A program made the position numbers and the translations under genes. A stretch of DNA of 63,084 bases, counting the filler, from Nanobdellota archaeon (GTDB lineage: Archaea; Nanobdellota; Nanobdellia; B33-G15): the NCBI GenBank assembly GCA_003660925.1. It is 14 parts of 14 records of this genome, joined end to end, with 100 filler letters (N's around TTAATTAATTAA, not from the genome) between each part and the next. Parts side by side here need not be neighbours in the genome. Positions count along the whole stretch, not along the records: positions 55,645 to 59,338 come from QMVD01000061.1; positions 59,439 to 63,084 come from QMVD01000062.1; 12 more parts are not named here. The stretch is one strand, 5' to 3'. Shown in pieces: positions 57,728 to 63,084 of this stretch. Below the pieces are notes generated by a model. The model did no database searches. It worked only from the letters and a program-made list of their open reading frames with translations, and had not been told where the DNA came from. Each line of letters begins with the position of its first letter. Position 1 is the stretch's first letter.

Positions 57728-58978
57728 TTAAATTTTGTGAAACACCCAAAAATCTGGGAGCCCTTCCGCGAAGAGTTCTTGGGAGTAACCTGGGAAGAAG
57801 AACGTTCTCGGAGAGTTCTCAGAGAGGACCAAGTAATCGGGAGCCCTCGCCCTTATTCTCTCCAAGACATCCGGATTCAATTCCATTCTTATGGGGTCTG
57901 AGTCAAACTCATTGAAAGGTATCTCCAAGTTGTGCTTGAAACCCACTAGGTTCATGAGGATGGAATCCCCCCAAACCTCTCCTTTCTTATCCTCAAAATA
58001 TCTCAAGACCTCTTCAATCCCTTTGTTGGGCGTGTTATGATAGAGTATTGAGGGATAATTCAAGACCACGTATAGGAAGAAGAAGAGGCAAAGGATGTCT
58101 TTCTGCTCGAAAGAAGCGAGGATGAAAAGGTAGAATGGAAGGGAAATGAGGAAGTAGTGAGCGAAGCCTACCTTGAAGATGGCCAGGAGGAAGGCGTCGA
58201 GCAGGAATGGTAGGTAGAACACGAGCCTTCTTTCCTTGGACAAGAGGAAGAAAAGGAAGGAAATGAAAAGGAGAGGGAGGTTCATCGTGAGGTAGCGGGA
58301 GTAGAAAATAGGGTTCTGATAGGCTCCCATCTTCGATTTGAGATGGTAAAGAATCGTTTGGGAAAGAAACTTTTGGCCGAAGATCAAGGAGAGGAGGAGA
58401 AAAGAGGAGGAGAAAAGGAGGAAGTAAAGGATGAATTCTCTCAGCTCCTTTTTCTTCTCTCGGAAGAGAGTGATGAGAATTGGGAAGTAAAGGAGGAAGA
58501 GGTATCTGAAGAAACACGCGAAGATGAGGGAGAGGGCGGACAGAAGGGGTTTTTTCTTGAGGAAGAAGTATATGGAGAGGAGGGAAAGCATCAAGGGAGG
58601 CCACATGCCATATCCTACTGTGCCGAATGAAAGTGCTTGGGGGGAAAAGAAAAACAAGAGAGAAAGGTAAGGTTTTCTTCTCTTAAAGAAGAGGGAGTAA
58701 ATCTCGGAGAGGAGGAAGGAAGAAACGAGAACGCTAAGGAGGGGAAGAAGTTTCCCTAAGTACATGTTCGGGCCGAAGAGCTTGAACAAGGCAAAGAGGA
58801 GGAGCAGATGAAAGGGTGGATGAGCATAAAAGAAGTCCCTGTAGGGCACCAAACCCTTCTCCGCCATGTTCTTGGCCATGTTGAAGTATATGTTCTCATC
58901 GGAATATGCGGGATAGATGAAGAAGAGGCGAGCTATGAAGGCGAAGAACAGGATTAAGTAAATGTATCTCTCCCTCAC
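57728..58978 (-). CDS. GT-C fold (ArnT/PMT-like) membrane glycosyltransferase
   Basis: SDENIY, PYRDFFYAHPP; many TM helices. Confidence 0.82.
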   Translation of the reverse strand: MRERYIYLILFFAFIARLFFIYPAYSDENIYFNMAKNMAEKGLVPYRDFFYAHPPFHLLLLFALFKLFGPNMYLGKLLPLLSVLVSSFLLSEIYSLFFKRRKPYLSLLFFFSPQALSFGTVGYGMWPPLMLSLLSIYFFLKKKPLLSALSLIFACFFRYLFLLYFPILITLFREKKKELREFILYFLLFSSSFLLLSLIFGQKFLSQTILYHLKSKMGAYQNPIFYSRYLTMNLPLLFISFLFFLLSKERRLVFYLPFLLDAFLLAIFKVGFAHYFLISLPFYLFILASFEQKDILCLFFFLYVVLNYPSILYHNTPNKGIEEVLRYFEDKKGEVWGDSILMNLVGFKHNLEIPFNEFDSDPIRMELNPDVLERIRARAPDYLVLSENSPRTFFFPGYSQELFAEGLPDFWVFHKI

Positions 58979-58982
58979 TAAA

Positions 58983-59338
58983 TCAAATTGGGCCCAAGAG
59001 TTTTAACGTTTTTCGAAGGACGGGGAAGAAATGGTCAGCGTTCAACACATAGGAGATTCCCTCTTTCCTCAGGAAGGAAAAAATGAATTTGAGATCCAAG
59101 TAAAACTTTCGGTAAAATCTCCTTCTCTCCTCTAAAAGTTCATCCACCTCTAATTCCCCGAATTTCTTGGGCGGGAGTTCATGCCTAGAAAAGATGTCGT
59201 TCTCACCACCTATCTTTTCAAAATAAGGGGAACCAGGATAGGGTGTGAAAAAAGCTATTTGAATCATATCCGGGTTGATGGACTTAACCATTTGGAAGGT
59301 TTTTTCTATATCTTCCCTCGTCTCGGTGGGGTTCCCAA
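58983..59338 (-). CDS. Radical SAM protein, C-terminal fragment
   Basis: GTPPETRED..KT, FTPYPGS. Confidence 0.75.
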
Positions 59339-59438
59339 NNNNNNNNNNNNNNNNNNNNNNNNNNNNNNNNNNNNNNNNNNNNTTAATTAATTAANNNNNN
59401 NNNNNNNNNNNNNNNNNNNNNNNNNNNNNNNNNNNNNN

Positions 59439-59934
59439 TGAGAAGGTTGGTGAGTTTTTCGTCAATAAGATCGATGACAATTTCTGGTTGGCCACGGGTA
59501 GGTCTAAAGCCGGAGTGACGGAGACTGGTCCTATAGTTTCCGAGGTTAAGAGCAGGGCCATCAAACTCGCGCGCGAGAAGAGAGCAGACTTTTTGATAAT
59601 AGATACTGCCCCAGGCACTCACTGCAGCGTCATTCAAGCCTTATTAGATGTCGATAAGGTATACGCGGTGACAGAACCCACTCCTTTAGGCGCTCATGAC
59701 CTGAATTTGATACTTGAACTACTTCAAAAAATGAAGATTCCGTTTGAAATCGTCTTAAACAAAGCTGATGTAGGGAACAGGAGAGAGATAGAAGAAATTG
59801 CGAGGAGATTCAACACGAGGATTTCAATCGAGATCCCCTATTCCGAGGAACTGATTAAGGCTTACTGTGAAAGGGACCTCAGGAGAATGGTTGGTTTACT
59901 CATGAACGGAGGTAATGAAGAGTGGAGAAGATAG
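59439..59934 (+). CDS. MinD-superfamily P-loop ATPase (ferredoxin-insert type), C-terminal part
   Basis: IDTAPGTHC, VTEPTPLG.HDL. Confidence 0.85.
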
Positions 59935-60773
59935 TAGTTGCCTCGGGAAAAGGAGGAGTCGGAAAGTCGATGTTGGCCAGTTCTTTAGCCTTGCTTTTTT
60001 CAAAGAACAAGAAAATCGTTGCTTGTGATTGTGACGTTGATGCTCCCAATCTCGGGTTGTGGTTGGGAGTGACGGATTACGATGAAAGAAAGAAGATATC
60101 CACTTCAGAGAAAGCAAGGGTAGTTGATCAAAAATCTTTGGACGATGAGGTGCTCGAAGTCTGTAGATTCGGGGCGATAAAAAAAGTGAATGGAAAGTAT
60201 ACCATCAACCCGCTCTTGTGTGAGGGGTGTGGAACTTGTAAGATACTTTATCCGGAGGCGATAGAGATAAAGCCGGTGAGGAACGGAGAGTTGAGAGTTA
60301 AATGGACGAAATATGGGTTCCCCTTAGTTTCCGGCCAACTCTTCCCCGGTGAGACGGGATCCGGAAAGATAGTAGAACAGTTGAGGAAAAAAGCTGAGGA
60401 ATTTGAGTATGACATCATGATATTAGATTCCGCTGCCGGCATTGGCTGTCCTGTCATAGCATCCATAAGGGGTTGCGATTACGTTGTGCTAGTGACCGAG
60501 CCAACTCCATCAGGTTTTTCCGATTTGAAAAGGATCCTGGAGGTCATTACTCATTTTAATCTTCCATATGGAGTCGTGATAAATAAGTGGGACATCAATC
60601 CTCATTTCTCTGATCGAATAAGGAAGTGGGCTGGAGACAAATTCCTAGGCGAGATATCTTATGACAAAAAAGTTATCGATTCTATCGTTAACCTTAACCC
60701 GGTAATTTTTTCGGATTCCAAGGCTGTTGATGAAATCAAGAAAGTATATGAAATATTAAGAGAAAGAGCGTGA
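59922..60773 (+). CDS. MinD-superfamily P-loop ATPase with Fe-S insert
   Basis: SGKGGVGKS, DCDVDAPN, CEGCG.C, GIGCPVIAS. Confidence 0.9.
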   Translation: MEKIVVASGKGGVGKSMLASSLALLFSKNKKIVACDCDVDAPNLGLWLGVTDYDERKKISTSEKARVVDQKSLDDEVLEVCRFGAIKKVNGKYTINPLLCEGCGTCKILYPEAIEIKPVRNGELRVKWTKYGFPLVSGQLFPGETGSGKIVEQLRKKAEEFEYDIMILDSAAGIGCPVIASIRGCDYVVLVTEPTPSGFSDLKRILEVITHFNLPYGVVINKWDINPHFSDRIRKWAGDKFLGEISYDKKVIDSIVNLNPVIFSDSKAVDEIKKVYEILRERA

Positions 60774-60774
60774 A

Positions 60775-63084
60775 TCAATCCCAAAACCTCCTCGTCCTCA
60801 AGAACCTCCTCTCCTCCTCGATTATGTCCCTTATCAAATCCTTCTCGTCCTTGTGATACCTCGAGAGGATCCTCAAGGCAGTCTGGGGCCCGATGCCATA
60901 CCCTGCTAAGGCCAGGCAGGCATCCTTCCCATAGTATAAGTAAAGGGGAGCGGTCTTTCGGTAAAACTCTTTATTCACTTCCTGTTTTTCCACTGAGACG
61001 CCCAATAACTTGGAACCGCACTTCGGGCACTTCTTCGGGAATCTCCCATAAGGGAAAGTTCCCAGAACATACCAGCAATGGGTGCACACATACTTGAATT
61101 TCTTGGACTTCAACCTCTTCTCGACCACATCTATCAGCTCCCTTTCATCGCTCATCCTCACGTATCCGGAGAGGGTGAGGAAGTTCTCACTTCTCTCGCT
61201 CCATCCCCTTTCCTTCACTTTTATCTTTCCCAACACCCTTTCCGCACCTTCTACATCCATTTTTTCGGTGAAGATCTCGTTGAAGACTTCCTCCCAGAGA
61301 GGAGTTCCCTTCATCAAGTCCACCAACTTCCTCACCCGCGAGAGGTTCACCTCTGCCTCCCTCCTGATCACTCCAAACCTCTGGGCCACGTGCCAGAACC
61401 TGTAATGGAACAAGGAAGACTTGGGTAAAGACAACTTCAAGACTTCCCTTATCCACCCCCTCTCCTTCAAGAGTTCCTTCACGTCCTTCTCCTTGACCCC
61501 CTTCCCCATCAACACTACCCTATAAGGGTCTGACTTCACCCCGACAGTCCTCCCTATCCTCTGGGAGAGCATGGCTCCCATGGCCTGGGCCAAAGCGAGA
61601 TTCACCTTAGAGCCGAAAGGACAGTAGAGCACGAGGACATCCCCCTTCCTCTCGACCCACACGACATCCCTTCCCTCTCCCTTTTCTTGAGCCACATCTT
61701 GAGCGATCTCGAATGGGACTGGTATGAGCTCCCCTTCCCAAGAAGGGATGGCCCCGAAGACGTCCTTGTCCCTTATCACCTTTATCTTCCTCCCTTCCAC
61801 ATCCACGACCCTCCAAACCTCCCCACTCATAACGAACTTCGAGCCAATCCCGACATGTTGTACCACAAACTCTTGATGCAGGATCCCGACCTTCCTGTTC
61901 TTCTCCCCATCTATCACCACGTAGTTCACCTCATCCGGGATGACGCTCAAGTTCTCGAAGTAGTAATACAACCCCTTCCTCGTCCTCCTTATCACCTTTC
62001 CATCAATCCTCACCAACCCTATGTCCCTCAGGAAATCCACCACCCTTTCGAACTCCTCCCTTTTTAGGTCCCTGTAAGGATAACACTTCCTCACGTTCTC
62101 GAAGATGAAGTCCTTCTCCACAGGGCCGAAATCCATACAGAAGCCAACTATCTGATGGGCCAACACATCATAGGGTTTCTTGAAGATCGTGGGAGGTTCC
62201 AGCCAACCTTTCTTTAATCTCTTAACTATGGAAAGGGATTCCAAGTAGTCCTCCTCGTTCAGGGTCAGGACCACACCCCTGGCTATCCTCCCGACACCAT
62301 GTCCACTCCTTCCTACCCTTTGGACGAGCTTGGTCACCTGCCTGGGGGAAGAGAACTGGATCACGAGGTCTATCACCCCTACATCTATCCCCAATTCCAA
62401 AGAGCTCGTGGCGACTATGGCATTTATCTCCCCTAATTTGAGCCTCCTCTCCGCCTCCACCCTCCTCTCCTTGCTCAGGCTCGAATGGTGGGTTTCCACG
62501 CCCTCCATTAGCTGCTTGAGCTTCGACCCCACTAATTCAGCAGCCTCTCTCGTGTTCGTGAAGATTATCGCGTGACCCTTTACGAGTTCTTCCATCCTCT
62601 TCAAAGCCCCGGCTATCCTCCCGCTCACGAACAACACTTCTGCCAATTCGGTATCTGGCTTGACGAGCTCCACCTTGACATCGTATTTCCTCTCCGCCTT
62701 GGATTCGACGATCTCGCATTTTTCTGATAAGAACTTCGCTACCTCTTCCTTGTTCCCTATGGTAGCGCTCAGCCCTATGATTTGGAAATCTCCTGCCAAA
62801 AGCCTCAACCTCTGGAGGGCGATGCTCAATTGAGAACCCCTCTTACTGTTCACCAGTTCGTGGATCTCATCCACCACCACAACCCTGACATTCTTCAAGT
62901 GCTCCCTCATCCTCTTCCCCACCAGAATGGCTTGAAGGGTCTCGGGAGTGGTGATCAACACATCTGGGGGCAACTTGGCCTGCATAGCCCTGACGCTCCT
63001 CTCCGTGTCACCATGTCTTATATCCACCTCTATCCATAACCTTGAACCCAGGTCAGCTATCCTCCTCAAGATATCCCTGTTTAA
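60775..63084 (-). CDS. Lhr-type DEAD/H helicase (5' end outside window)
   Basis: RHGDT, TTPET, DEIH, SSLELGID, QRVGRSGH; C-terminal Zn finger. Confidence 0.92.
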   Translation of the reverse strand, partial: LNRDILRRIADLGSRLWIEVDIRHGDTERSVRAMQAKLPPDVLITTPETLQAILVGKRMREHLKNVRVVVVDEIHELVNSKRGSQLSIALQRLRLLAGDFQIIGLSATIGNKEEVAKFLSEKCEIVESKAERKYDVKVELVKPDTELAEVLFVSGRIAGALKRMEELVKGHAIIFTNTREAAELVGSKLKQLMEGVETHHSSLSKERRVEAERRLKLGEINAIVATSSLELGIDVGVIDLVIQFSSPRQVTKLVQRVGRSGHGVGRIARGVVLTLNEEDYLESLSIVKRLKKGWLEPPTIFKKPYDVLAHQIVGFCMDFGPVEKDFIFENVRKCYPYRDLKREEFERVVDFLRDIGLVRIDGKVIRRTRKGLYYYFENLSVIPDEVNYVVIDGEKNRKVGILHQEFVVQHVGIGSKFVMSGEVWRVVDVEGRKIKVIRDKDVFGAIPSWEGELIPVPFEIAQDVAQEKGEGRDVVWVERKGDVLVLYCPFGSKVNLALAQAMGAMLSQRIGRTVGVKSDPYRVVLMGKGVKEKDVKELLKERGWIREVLKLSLPKSSLFHYRFWHVAQRFGVIRREAEVNLSRVRKLVDLMKGTPLWEEVFNEIFTEKMDVEGAERVLGKIKVKERGWSERSENFLTLSGYVRMSDERELIDVVEKRLKSKKFKYVCTHCWYVLGTFPYGRFPKKCPKCGSKLLGVSVEKQEVNKEFYRKTAPLYLYYGKDACLALAGYGIGPQTALRILSRYHKDEKDLIRDIIEEERRFLRTRRFWD

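Overview
Archaeal sequence, most likely a compact thermophilic DPANN-type genome bin. It is 14 contigs of about 3.6-5 kb, ordered by decreasing length and joined by artificial 100-nt N44-TTAATTAATTAA-N44 linkers, so adjacency across linkers means nothing. Most content is housekeeping: psmB, aCPSF1, dnaG, PolB, aIF5B, GluRS, ThrRS, ribosomal proteins, Lhr, and tRNA-Gly, tRNA-Gln and tRNA-iMet. The highlight is one locus (RNR-DUF4430-MGMT-tRNA-iMet-pmbA-tldD) present in two versions. In version B (53013-53780) the initiator tRNA carries a 693-nt bulge-helix-bulge (BHB) intron at 37/38 that encodes a two-motif LAGLIDADG endonuclease. In version A (6138-6255) the same site holds a 25-nt intron with the same terminal stem but no ORF. 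Version A also has a second 18-nt intron at the non-canonical position 10/11 and a different LAGLIDADG gene in the tRNA 5' leader, whose stop codon is tRNA nt 8-10 and ends at that intron's predicted 5' splice site. Other notable items are a mobile-element contig with a piPolB/pPolB-like polymerase, a Cas4-like nuclease and a DUF1599-like protein; a winged-helix gene flanked by palindrome and iteron-like arrays plus an AT-rich tract (candidate origin or centromere); a short histone missing from the ORF track; and a Cys-rich repeat surface protein. All family calls come from motif recognition by eye, with no database searches.
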